Below, piece after piece: positions 47,484-58,736 of a stretch of DNA of 64,000 nt (the first letter of the stretch is position 1; each line of letters begins with the position of its first letter). The notes below the pieces were generated by a model, which saw only the letters and a program-made list of their open reading frames with translations, did not search any database and was not told where the DNA came from. The translations under genes were made by a program, and so were the position numbers. This stretch comes from Caecitellus pseudoparvulus. Taxonomy: Eukaryota; Protista; Bigyra: Bicosoecida. The stretch is from positions 1 to 64,000 of the forward strand of contig CBFFRQ010000087.1 of NCBI GenBank assembly GCA_965644315.1, written 5' to 3'.

Positions 47484-49034
47484 TCACGCCTCCTTCACCA
47501 GCTTGGACACTCCGAAACGCTGCCGAATCTCCCGTCGGATGTCCTTGGAGCCATGCAGAGTGTCCAGGAAACCCGCCAACTTCAACAGTTCCGTGTCAGC
47601 TCGGTCGTCGAACCAGGACTCGATGGGCACGCCGTTGTCGATTTGGTAGCCAAAGGCGTGTGGCGAGTTGTCCACCAGCAGCGTCTGCTTCAAATCTCGC
47701 CCCAGCACGTGCAGGTCTTTCAAATAGTTCCCCTCCACGCACAAGCATGAGTCACGGTACAAGCGGTGCTGGATGTACTTGCCCTTGGGGTCCAGCAAGT
47801 TCAACAGGCGCTCCGCGTACACTTGCTGACTGGCCGTGAAGATCGTGACTTCGAATTTCCCCGCAATTGCCCGCAGGAACTTGTCCAGGTATGGCCGCTT
47901 GCGCACATACACCTGGTAGTTGACGCCGTTGAAGTTCACGGGGAAGGTCAGGTCTGCGTCAGCGATGGGGTCCACGCTGCAGTGTACGAGCGTTTCATCC
48001 AGGTCCAGGACCAGGTTGATGGGGGGTGCCGTCGCACTCTTGGCTGGCAGCACAGCCCGCGGCAACACTGGTCGCACGGTGTGGTACGCTGGCAGCAGCT
48101 TCATGAACAGGTACGGGTTGAACTCCTCGTACTCGTAGTCGCCGTCCTCCGTGGATGCGGCCGCTGCAGGCGCTGGTGCTGGTGCTGGTGCAGGTGCTGG
48201 GGATCTGGCCGCGGCGCCATAGCCATACGTGGTGGTGGCTGCTGCAGGGGCTGGGGCCTGTGAGTACGATGCGTAATAGGCGCTGGATGTCGCTGTGCCC
48301 GCTGTGGCGTAGGAGCCCACACCGTAGGAGCCGCCGACAGAGGCAGACGCGCGAGCAGCGGGTGCTGGTGACAAGTCAACTGCAGCGGCGGCTTGGGCCA
48401 GGGAAGTCTGAGGGTGGCGGGGCAAGGCATGGCAAGTGCATGGAGTGGCGTGCAGGTGAACGGTCCTCGCGCAACGCACGTGGTGGCCGTGAACGCCAGC
48501 AGCATCAGCCTCATCTGTGCAGGGAGGCAAGATTGCGTTGCACGCGAAACGCCGGGGCAGCAGGCTCCCCTGCAACGACGTACCTTGGCCCTGTAAGGTC
48601 GGCGAAAACATAGCCCCAGTTCCACCGCCAATGTCCCTGTGATATTGCGCCGCACACAGGGGTGAAGGGGCCAGTGTCCAGGAAGAAGCGCACGCGGACT
48701 GTGTGCAGTTTCAGTTTCCGCTCGCGACACCGCAACGCACCCAGCTCCATCACGACGCAACACTGCCGTGTGACCCGGGCCGTGCATGGGACTCAGTGCT
48801 CCAGCTGTCGGTGTGGCTGTGCGCGGCAGGCGGGCGGTGAGAGGGTGCAGTGTGCCGGGGCGTGGCCGCTCTGCTCCGCCGCGCGCAAAGTGCCGCTGCG
48901 CAGAGGCAGGCGCACGCACCAGCCCCACGGTTCGACGGGCGACGCTGGGGTGTGGAGGCGATGGGGGAGGAGGCATCTGCATAGTACCCTCCAGACCCCG
49001 ACCATTGCCGGTGAGGAGTGCTGGAAGCACTCAT
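47484..49034 (-). CDS. CTDSPL2: CTD small phosphatase-like (SCP/FCP1 HAD family, CTDSPL2-like); 5' exons uncertain
   Basis: FNPYLFMKLLP, LVLDLDETLVHCS, VYVRKRPYL, FTAS..YA, YLKDL.VLGRDL, VDNSP, GVPIESWFDD. Confidence 0.88.
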
Positions 49035-49479
49035 GCTGCGAGCCACGTGCGGGCGGCGTTTCAGCGGCGTTGCCAGGAGCACTGTGCACCGCAGGTGCCG
49101 CTGGCTTGTGTTGAAGACGGCTGGGGAGGCAGCCGCGGCGTTTTTGTGGACACAGAACAGAATAGATTGTGTTGTGCAGTGAAAAGTGAAGGTCGCCCCC
49201 TCCCCCGCGGCACGTGGACTGGGGTCACTGGCTCGCCGCGTGACTCCTCCCGACCCCTGCACAACAGTGAAGCAAAACGCATGCAGTGCAGGGGCAGGGC
49301 ATCCACACGCCCACCGACCCATCGATTTCTCAGCAGCACGGGCAGCGCAGCATACCTGGGTCCCAGCAGCTGCTACGCGGGAGTCACCTGTGTGGAAGCA
49401 GCAGCAGCGAGCACTGCCTTGCTGTCCCACACATCCCTGCGCTGCCAGGAATCTGCGCGGCGCAAGCAGGCGCCATGGC

Positions 49480-51911
49480 TCACTGCGCCGCGTGTCCTGC
49501 ACCTTCTGGCTCAGTTTCACCGTTCAACAGCGGCATGGCACTGGAGTGCCACGTCGACGCAGCCTGTGCGTCCAGTTGAGTCAACTGCCGCAGCAGCTCG
49601 GCATGTGGACTGCTCGCTGGTGCCATGTCACCGCCACTAGGCAGTGCGTCGGCATACTGCACAGTGTCAAAGTTGTACTCTGCTGAAAATGCACCAATGT
49701 CCATGTACGCATTGGCCAGTTCGCCCTCCAGGCGCCGCGCAAAGGCGTGTGAGTCAAGGCGAGAAACGGCCGCGCGAGCGTACGGCGGCAACGCGTCAAA
49801 GTCGACCGTGTGACGCGGCAAGAAATTTCTACCGTCATGGAACCAGTCTTGCACCCAGGTCGTGTACAGGATGCTGCGCCAGGTGCGCGTTTGGCGGTTG
49901 GCGCCCCCCCTATGTTCCACACGCACGTCAAACAGAATCACATCCCCTTCCTGCGCCTCACCGAAAAGGAAGTCCCTGGCAGACACGGGGGAACGAGTGC
50001 GATTGGCCCAGCCGCCCACCGTCTGGCCTGCTGCGTCGGTCATCTCCCGATCATAAATCATGTCTTTCACGTTCAGCTCCTCTGGCAGAAACGCGTGACT
50101 GCCGGGCACGAAGGTCGTGGGCTGTGAAGGGGGGGGGGTGGATGCTGCACTGCGCTGTGTGCTGTGCCCGTGCAGTGCTGGCGCCACTCACGCCTGTCTC
50201 AGCTGTCATGTTCACAAGGGGTGTCACGACAGCCACAGAAAACGCCGGCTGCGTCACGCTGCCGTCCCAGAAACCGTGGGTGGAGTGACTCATCGCGGCG
50301 ATGAACTGGCGCGGCGTGAGCTGCCATGGGTACCACACCGGCAGTGTCGCGTCTGTCGTCGCATTCGCCTTCACAGTGGCAGCTCGAAGCAGCGCTCGCT
50401 TGGCAGCGCGTGCGTGTGGCGCGGCGGCAGGGGGGGGCGAGGGGGCAGGCTCTGGGTCGCGCGATCCAAGGTCGGAAGTTTGGGGCGGGAACATGCTGGC
50501 CACATACGCGTGGGAGAATTCGGCCAGGCGCGTCAGGTTGCCGGGTGGTGCGCCCAGCACATGTCGCAGGCGCCGAGCGACGATCGCCCGCGACCAAGGT
50601 GGTGTTTGCGCCGCCTGGTACAAGTGCCCCACGTCGCGGTGGATGTGCTGGGAGGGGCTGCCAGGGAGACTCGTGATGCCTGTGGGATGCGGTGGGGCGC
50701 CTGTGGTGATTCGGGGGCAGGGCGTGGCGCGAGCGATGCGGCGACACACCTGACAGCATGTCCAGCTGCAAGGAATAGGAGTCCATGGCGTGTGCCAGGA
50801 CCGGCCTGACCCACGGGTTGGCCAGCAACTCATCCCGCAGAAACTCCCCGGTGAGGGGGATCTGGTACTCATACCTCCCGCTGGAGCGCACGGAGTAGTC
50901 GTCGCCGTACATGTGGGGCGTGTGCGCCAGGTCGGCGTGTTGGGCTGCTTGCTTGGCGAAGAAATCGGTGAAGTACGCGTCGTTGCGCCGTTTCAGAAAA
51001 CGCACGAAGTCCACCGGCATGGCCCCCTGCAGCACCACAAAGCCACACACCTTCAGCACTGTCGCGGCGTCCAGGGCCAGGTCGGGCGGCAGTGCGCCAG
51101 AGGAGATGTTCTGTTCGCGCGCCGGCACGGCAACACGCACGTGCCGGTGCGTGCACAGTTCTTGCACGGCTCGCTGCTTGAAACCCATGTCCCACAACTG
51201 GTCGGCACGGGCGTAGGGGTCTGCCTCCAGACGGGGCACTTCTGGGAGGTGTGCGTTGAGGTGGGCGCGAGTTGCGGCAGCGGCGGCATCCTGCTGCTCC
51301 AGCGCCACTTTCACTTCGGGGTGGGGGCCTTGCGCATCAGACACCCCCCCCTCCTCCTCAGCAGCAGTGATAGAGGGGTGCAGGAGGTGTGTGCGTCGTC
51401 GGGCGTGGCGTGTGGGCCCGGAGATGTAGTGCTTCAAGTGCAGGGTGCGAATGACGCGTGTGCCGACGGTGTCGCTCTCGGCTTTTGCGACGTGCCCCAG
51501 CATGCCTCGCAGGCCCTCTGCCGCCGTCGCGTCCCACGGCGAATACGACAAGGCCCGCTTAAAGCCTGTCGTGGCCAGTGTGTAGTGGCGTGCGGCCGCT
51601 GCCTCTTGTGCGTGTGAGCGCTGTGGCGGGGGAGGCAGATCTGCCACAGCGGCCCAATGTGCGATGCCTGCTGCCAGCTGGGTCTCGGCGGAGGTGGGGT
51701 CGATGCGCAGAGCATGTCGCGCAGCGAGCAGCGCACCCGCCACGTCACCGTCCAGCGCTGCCTGGTTGGACGCCGCCACCAGCTCTGGCACTGTGGCTGT
51801 CGCAGCCACTTCACTACCCCTCGCTCGCGGAAGCAGCAGCAGCAGCAGCAGCAGCAGTGGCAGGCTGAGCGACAGACAAGTCACGCGAGAGGGGTGATGG
51901 GCAGGTGGCAT
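49480..51911 (-). CDS. Secreted Fe(II)/2-oxoglutarate dioxygenase (PhyH-like) with N-terminal TPR-like helices
   Basis: Poly-Leu signal peptide; ALRIDPTSAE / ALSYSPWD TPR-like motifs; CGFVVL, RSSGRYE, QHIHRD (HxD), PLVNMT.ETGPT.FVPGSH, GDVILFD.RVEHRGGAN; introns 50749-50680 and 50191-50122. Confidence 0.8.
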
Positions 51912-52698
51912 GCTGGGTGTGTGTGTTGGGCGATGGGATGCCGCCTGGTGCCCCTGCACGCGACACTGCGGGGTGAGGCGGCCAGTGCGGTCGCTCGTCG
52001 AAGGCGGTCGCTGTGCGACGCAGAGCGGCCTGTGCCGGGGCAGGTGCGCCACAGCAACGTGCAATGACGAGGCAGAGGGCCCTGGAACTGCAACTCCACG
52101 AACGGCTCTAGTTGTTGTGGCGGAGGGTGTACTGGGCAGGTTTGATTCTGGGCACGCGGCTGATGTGCAGTGTTGACATGCGCAGCATCACTGGCCGCAC
52201 ACCAAGCCAGCCCTGCCACACTGCTTTACCGGTCCATGCGGCCTCGCAGCTGCGCCTTGGAACGGTGCACTGAAGAAGTGTGTGCAAGGCATGAAGTGGA
52301 TAGAATAACGGAGATATAGCCCTCGGGGAACAAGCTTACACTTGAACCACACCCCTCCAAATACACAGATGCCCACAGGGTTCTAGCATATCCTGCAATT
52401 CCCCACATGCTTGCTCTCATGCACGCGATAGCTTCACAAGCGACAGATTCGGGAAGAAGACGACACTAAATTGTCCCTCAGCCGACTTTTAGGCGAAGCG
52501 ACATCCTGCTTTGTCCAGCGGCGCGCTTCGCGTGCGTCGTTTCACGCACGTTTCACTGTGCAGGGTGTCGCTCAAACCCATGCAAATCCGTCGTCAAATC
52601 ACAATTCCAACGCCCACAACAACCCCATTCTACTTCCTCTTCCAACTCCTCGCCTCCCTCCCCGTGCCTGCCAGACGCTTGCAGTGTCTGGACCCCGG

Positions 52699-54572
52699 AT
52701 GAAACGAGCTCGTGAAGGCAGCTCAGCAGGTGACGCAGCTGCACACGCCAACAAGAAGCGCGCCATGGCAGCGAGTGAAGACAACCACTATGACTTGATC
52801 GTGATTGGGTGCGTGGCGTGCGGTGTGTGCGGCGCGGGGGCAGCGGGCGGGTGCGGCTTTTGAAAGAACAAGGCGCGGAATCCCCCACCACGCGCACGTC
52901 AGCGGGGCAGCCTGACCGCGCCCGCCGCTGCCCACAGCAGCCCCCGCCCGTTCCTGCTCACACAAGCAGCAGACACCTCTTTGCACTCGTGAAGTCTGCT
53001 CCTGTTCACAGCGGGGGGTCCGGCGGGCTGGCTGCATCGAAGCAAGCCACCGCCAATGGTGCCAAGAAGGTTGCGCTGCTGGACTACGTGAAGCCCAGCC
53101 CTGCAGGGACGACATGGGGCCTGGGCGGCACCTGCGTGAACGTCGGGTGCATCCCCAAGAAGCTCATGCACCACGTGGCGCTGCTGGGCGAGGCACGCGC
53201 CGCCAGCGGCAAGTTGGGTTGGACCCCTGAGGAAACGCCCGCCACGCTCAGCTGGGAAGCGATGACGTCGGAAGTCTCCAACGTGCGCATGAGCAGCAAC
53301 TTCATGTACCGCGTCGCCCTGCGTGACAACAAGGTCAAGTACATCAACGGCTACGGTTCCTTTGTGGACGCGCACACGGTGAAGGTTTCTCACGACAAAA
53401 AAGCCAAAGGTGCGGAGTACACCCTGACAGCTGACAACATCCTCGTGGCTCCCGGCGGCCGCCCCCGCCCCCTCAGCGTGCCTGGTGGCGAGCACGCCAT
53501 CTCCAGCGACGACCTGTTCCAGCTGCCGTCAGCCCCTGGCCGCGTCGTGGTCATTGGCGCCAGCTACGTGGCGTTGGAGTGCGCGGGTTTTCTGGCTGGC
53601 ATGGGGTACCCCGTCACCGTGATCGTGCGGTCCATTCTCCTGCGGGGCTTCGACCAGGAGTTCGCGGAGAAGATCGGCAGTCACATGGCGGAGCATGGCG
53701 TGACGTTCGTGCGCCCCGCCACCCCCACGCGCCTGGAAAAGGGCGACGCCGGCATCACCGTGCACTACACGACGGAGGACGGCACCGAGGGGTCAGTGGA
53801 AGCGGACACGGTGCTGAACGCGACGGGGCGCGCCCCCTTCACGGAGGGCTTGAACCTGGCCGCTGCCGGCGTGGAGGTGAACGCCAAGGGCGAGATCATC
53901 GTCGCTGAGCCGGGCACGGACGCGACGACTGCGGAGGGTGTGTATGCCATTGGCGATGCGGTGGCGGGAGTACCGGAGCTGACTCCTGTGGCCATCAAGG
54001 CTGGCCTGCTGCTGGCTGACCGCCTCTTCGCGGGCTCCACCGCCAAGGTGAACTACGAACACATCCCCACGGCCGTCTTTACGCCGCTGGAGTATGGCGC
54101 TGTGGGCCCAGCAGAGGAGGCTGCTCGCGCCAAGTACGGTGACGCGCGCATTGAGGTGTACCGCACCAACCTGACCCCCACTGAGTGGGCGCCACCAGCG
54201 CTGTGGAAGCCCAAGAACCTCTGCTCCGCCAAGGTCATCGTGCTGCTGCCGGAGGACGCCGAGGCGCGCCTGGAAGCGGCAAAGGCAACTGCAACTGCAA
54301 CTGCAACCGGGGAGGGCGAAGCACCTGCCGCACCCGTGCACGCCAGCAGTGTCGTGCCAGCCGCCGAGCAGCAAGTGATCGGCCTGCACTTCTTCGGACC
54401 CAACGCGGGGGAGGTAGTGCAGGGGTACGCAGTTGCCGTGAAGGCGGGTGCAACCTGGGCAACCTTCCAAGACACCATCGGCATCCACCCCACCACCAGT
54501 GAGGAGTTCGTGTACCTGACCGTGACCAGGTCCAGCGGTGCCTCTGCCGACAAGCAGCTGTGCTGTGGGTAA
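52699..54572 (+). CDS. TXNRD: High-Mr thioredoxin reductase with C-terminal LCCG
   Basis: YDLIVIG|GGSGGLA (intron 52809-53011), GGTCVNVGCIPKKLMH, GASYVALECAGFL, GIHPTTSEEF, ending ADKQLCCG-stop. Confidence 0.95.
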
Positions 54573-54618
54573 GCCGTCTGCAGCTGCATTCAGCCTGCAA
54601 TGCATTGCCGGTGGTGAC

Positions 54619-55536
54619 TCAGTGCGTGCCTTCCGCCTTCACCGCCATGCCGACACCGTCGCCCACTGGCACGATGCACCAGTGCACCCGCGCATCCCCC
54701 TGCATCTTGGCGTTCAGGGAGCGCAGCGTGACTGTGGCGGGGTCCTGGTGCGCCTCGTCCGCCACCTTGCCGTGCCAGATGACGTTGTCGATGAGCAGGA
54801 CACCGCCCGGTCGCAGCGCCGTCAAGCACGCCTCCACGTAGGCGGGGTACCCCTCCTTATCAGCGTCGATGAAGGCGAAGTCAGCCCAGCCAGAGCCCCG
54901 GTGAGCCACCTCGGCAGCCAGCAGGTCCTTGGCGTCGCCGATGTGCTCCACGATGCGCCCCGACACACCAGCCGCCTGCCAGTGGGGGCGGCCTTTGGAC
55001 ACGAATTCGTCTGAAATGTCGAACACGTGCAGCTGCCCATCACGCGGCAGGGCCGACGCGAAACACAGAGCGCTGTACCCAGTGAAGGTCCCCACTTCAA
55101 TGCCCACCTGTGCAGCGTGGCGGTGGAGACAGGCGGTGTGCGGCAGGCGGGGTGTGGTGTCGGAGTCCGCTCGCAGGGAATGACGCACCTTGCCGTCGAT
55201 GGCCCGCACAAGAGCGTGCAGGAACGCGCCCTCGTCTGGGGAGATCTGCATCATGCGCTGCGGCATGGCGTCTGTCAACTCCCGGATGGCCACCAGCTCC
55301 TTGCTCTCCCGGGTCCCCACGCGCAGCAAGTACTCGTACAGGGGCGTCGGCAGGCCCAGGCGCTTGTCCACCACGCCGCCGCCGGTCTTGGCCTCCACAC
55401 CGCCGCCCTTGGCTGAGGACCCACCGAACAGCAGGTACCCCACACCGACGCCCAGCGCTACACCCGCTCCCAGTGCTGCAGCGCCGATCGCCAGGGCTTT
55501 GGACGCGTTCGAGGCGGCTTGGCCTTCAGCTGCCAT
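54619..55536 (-). CDS. COMTD1: Membrane-anchored class I SAM-dependent O-methyltransferase (COMTD1/CCoAOMT-like)
   Basis: N-terminal TM; MQISPDEG, IEVGTFTGYSAL, DFAFIDADK, LRPGGVLLIDNVIWHG, VPVGDG; in-frame 81-nt intron 55188-55108. Confidence 0.92.
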   Translation of the reverse strand: MAAEGQAASNASKALAIGAAALGAGVALGVGVGYLLFGGSSAKGGGVEAKTGGGVVDKRLGLPTPLYEYLLRVGTRESKELVAIRELTDAMPQRMMQISPDEGAFLHALVRAIDGKVRHSLRADSDTTPRLPHTACLHRHAAQVGIEVGTFTGYSALCFASALPRDGQLHVFDISDEFVSKGRPHWQAAGVSGRIVEHIGDAKDLLAAEVAHRGSGWADFAFIDADKEGYPAYVEACLTALRPGGVLLIDNVIWHGKVADEAHQDPATVTLRSLNAKMQGDARVHWCIVPVGDGVGMAVKAEGTH

Positions 55537-55745
55537 GGTGCTGCGGAAATCGAGAGAATCACGCTCACTTCGACGGTCACAGGCGCTTGCAGAGCATTCC
55601 AGAGAGCATGTACGGAGCAAGGGTGATAGTTTTGGCGATTACACTGCGCGGTGCCTGCTTATACTAGCACCTTGCCTGCCCCCCCCCCGCATGTGCGTTG
55701 TCAACGCACCCACGCACGCCTGCCGCACCTGCACGTGTGGTGCAT

Positions 55746-56336
55746 TCACTGCTGCTTCTTCTGCTCTCCCGAGGCGTCTGCGCCCTGGGGCAGGGGGGCC
55801 CCCGGCACTTGGCTGGCCCAGTACTTCGTCACCGCCATGGCCGCGTTGAAGACGTTGGCGCCCACCAGCAGCACGTACAACGTGGAGAGGGAGGCGATGG
55901 CGCCAGCGTCGGCGGGGGCGCCTGCCGCCACGACAGCCTGCTCCAGCGGCGTCACCTGCGTCACCAGCACAGTCACCAGCGTCACCAGCATGAGGAAGGC
56001 AGCTGTGCCAGCGGTGTGGCGAGCCCACCCGGCAGGCCGGTACACCAGCCCCAGCACGTCCTCCTTCACGGCTCGGAAGATCTCAAAAGGCAGCAGCAAC
56101 ACGAGCACCAGCATGATGTGTGAGATGATGGGCATGGCGTTGGACGTCTTCCACTGCAAGTAATGCGGCAGGAGCTGCGGCGCATTTTCCGCAAGGGCCA
56201 CGCTGGCGTCCACCAGAGCCAGGCCGAGGAAGATGCCGCCCAGCAGGGACCCTGTGATGACATCAGCCACGCCCATGGCAGGGAGGACGTTCACTGACCC
56301 CGCCACGGGCGCCTTCTTCGCGTCTGCCCCGGCCAT
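55746..56336 (-). CDS. Hypothetical 4-TM membrane protein
   Basis: 196-aa ATG ORF with four hydrophobic segments and coding-like codon usage. Confidence 0.65.
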   Translation of the reverse strand: MAGADAKKAPVAGSVNVLPAMGVADVITGSLLGGIFLGLALVDASVALAENAPQLLPHYLQWKTSNAMPIISHIMLVLVLLLPFEIFRAVKEDVLGLVYRPAGWARHTAGTAAFLMLVTLVTVLVTQVTPLEQAVVAAGAPADAGAIASLSTLYVLLVGANVFNAAMAVTKYWASQVPGAPLPQGADASGEQKKQQ

Positions 56337-56793
56337 GCTTGAGCTGCCAATTTCCGCTAACGCCAGAGCCTGCTGCGGGGTTCAATGGCAGGCCTGCCAG
56401 GTACCTTTCTGGAGTTGCGTGTGGCTGATGTGCGTGCCTACACTTTATTGTTTATTTTGAAATTCTGGGTTTCCTGCGAAGGGACTCTGGTCGGCCTGCG
56501 CCCCTGCAAGAAGCATGTGCCATTGAGGGCAGCACACAGCCTCACACCCCGCTCCCTCAGGGCACTATGCTCACTCTGCTACAATCATACTCCCCCAACA
56601 AGCTCCAGCAATCACACCTTCTCACAGCATACCATTCGCCCTAGGACCTCTGACAGCTCACTGCCACTCGCCACCTTCTGCACGCCGCTTTCAGCACCTG
56701 CACACCCACGTCATCATCAGGCCAGCATCAACACGCCGGCCACTCCCACGCCGTTGAAACGCCCTCAACCAGCAACATAACAGCACTCCCAAC

Positions 56794-57263
56794 ATGCGAG
56801 CCTCCATTGCAACTCGATGCATGGCATTCTTTGCTGCCCAGGCTGAACCTGTACGTGCTAGCGCCCTCCGACGACTGATGCTGGCGGCGGCAGAAACGCT
56901 CACGTGGCGGCCCTTGCACGCTCCGCAGATTGCCAGTGCCGCCAGCACGGCCAGTGCCGGAGGCATGTCCGTCAACTCAGGGACCATGGCCATCGGCATT
57001 CTTGCCTCCTGTGCTGCCGGTGAGTGCAGGGGTGACGTGCGGGGGAGTGGCAGCTGATGGCATCAGCTGCCTTGCCTGCGCTTGGCTCGTCACACCCACC
57101 CCCCCCCCCCCTCACAGTGGCAGCAGGGGCCATTGCCGGCACTGCAGATGGCAGGGCAGAGCAAAGCACATACCCCATGCACGCCGTGCTGTTCGTGGGC
57201 GGTACCAAGCTCAGCCTCATCAACCGTCTCCCTGCACCAGTGCACAGCGCTGAGCAACGCTGA
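56794..57263 (+). CDS. Hypothetical small protein with presequence-like N-terminus and one hydrophobic segment
   Basis: MRASIATRCMAFF...; intron 57019-57117 (GTGAGT...CTCACAG) joins ILASCAA|VAAGAIAG in frame to TGA at 57261-57263. Confidence 0.5.
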
Positions 57264-57276
57264 GCTGTGTCACACC

Positions 57277-57625
57277 ATGCACCCGCCTCTGTTCAAGCCC
57301 CACCCCCTGTGCCAAGACCAAATCAAGGCCCTGGTCACTTGCCACGAGCAGAACAAGGTTCTCAAGTTCCTGGGCGTCTGCAACACGCCCAAGGCTGAGC
57401 TGGACGCCTGCTTCCGAGTGCGTATCGCGGCGCACCAGACGCCGCGTTGATGCGCACCGCGCTGCAATCACCCTCACCGGCACGCCCTCCCCCACCACTG
57501 CGCAGCGCGAGAAGCAAGCTCGGCGCGCCATCAACGCACAGCGAGCCACCAAGAGCCGGGCAGGTGACTGGGCAGCTGTGCTGGCGGCAGAGACGGGTGA
57601 GCAGCCCGGAAAGCCGGGACAGTGA
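57277..57625 (+). CDS. CMC2: COX assembly mitochondrial protein 2 (twin CX9C), 86 aa
   Basis: MHPPL..PHPLC...IKAL..CH..N...KFLGVCN..KAELDACFR; intron 57418-57505. Confidence 0.92.
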
Positions 57626-57724
57626 CGTGCGCAGCGTTGCAAGACGGACCCGTGACAGCCAGAGCACAGCAAGCGGCTAAAAGGTCTTGTCCTAGGATTA
57701 AGACCTGTGTATACTCCAGCCACG

Positions 57725-58690
57725 ATGGCAGCTGTGAAGGCCGGCGCTGAAACCGGCGCCGAAGGAGGTGCCGATGGCGCCGGCGAAACGCCGATGAAAC
57801 CCTGCGCCGACCTGTCCGCCGGCACGCTGACCCTGAACAACGGCGCAGTGATGCCGCTGATGGGACTGGGCACGTGGCAGGTGAAGGGGGAGACGTGTGT
57901 GGAGACGGTGCGGGCTGCTCTGGAGGCAGGCTACCGCCACATCGACACGGCGTCCATTTACCGCAATGAAGCCGAGGTGGCCGCCGGCATCAAGGCCTCA
58001 GGGGTGCCCCGCAGTGACATCTGGATCACCTCCAAGCTGTCCCCCAAGCAGCAGGGCGAGGAGCGTGCCTACCAGGCGTGCCTGGACTCCCTCGCAGCCC
58101 TGGACACGTCCTACCTGGACCTGTACCTCATCCACTGGCCTGGCGCCAAGGGGCACAAACCCCATGACCCAGCCGTCGTGCAGGCACGGCATGGCAGCTG
58201 GCTGGCCCTGCAGCGTCTGTACGCAGAAGGCAAGGTGCGCTGTATCGGCGTGTCCAACTTCATGCCGCACCACCTGGAGGCCCTGCTGGCACAGCCCACC
58301 ACCACCATCACGCCAGCCGTGAACCAATTCGAGGCGCACCCACTGCTGCCCAGTGCTGCCGCCGTCGCTGCCTGCCGTGCCTCTGGCGTCTCTGTGACTG
58401 CATATGCACCGCTGGCCCAGGCGGCCCCCGCCCTGCTGCAGGCGTCAGCGGTGCAAGGCATCGCGAAGCGACTGGGGGTCACACCCGCCACGGTGGTGCT
58501 GCGTTGGGGCCTGCAGCAGGGCTGGGCGCTCATCCCGCGGTCGACGAATGCGGGGCGCCTGGCGGAGAACTTGCGTGCGCTGGACAGCGCTGCTGCGTTG
58601 AGCGAGGAGGACATGGCAGCGGTGAGCGCGTTGGAGGTGGAAGAGGGGGGGGGGCGCGTGTGCTGGGACCCCAACAACGTCACACACTGA
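57725..58690 (+). CDS. Aldo-keto reductase
   Basis: LNNG..MP.MGLGTW, GYRHIDTASIY.NE, ITSKL, YLDLYLIHWP, IGVSNF, NQFE.HP. Confidence 0.95.
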   Translation: MAAVKAGAETGAEGGADGAGETPMKPCADLSAGTLTLNNGAVMPLMGLGTWQVKGETCVETVRAALEAGYRHIDTASIYRNEAEVAAGIKASGVPRSDIWITSKLSPKQQGEERAYQACLDSLAALDTSYLDLYLIHWPGAKGHKPHDPAVVQARHGSWLALQRLYAEGKVRCIGVSNFMPHHLEALLAQPTTTITPAVNQFEAHPLLPSAAAVAACRASGVSVTAYAPLAQAAPALLQASAVQGIAKRLGVTPATVVLRWGLQQGWALIPRSTNAGRLAENLRALDSAAALSEEDMAAVSALEVEEGGGRVCWDPNNVTH

Positions 58691-58736
58691 GTAGAATGCA
58701 AAGACAACGACAACCAACCGCACGCTCACGCCCTGT

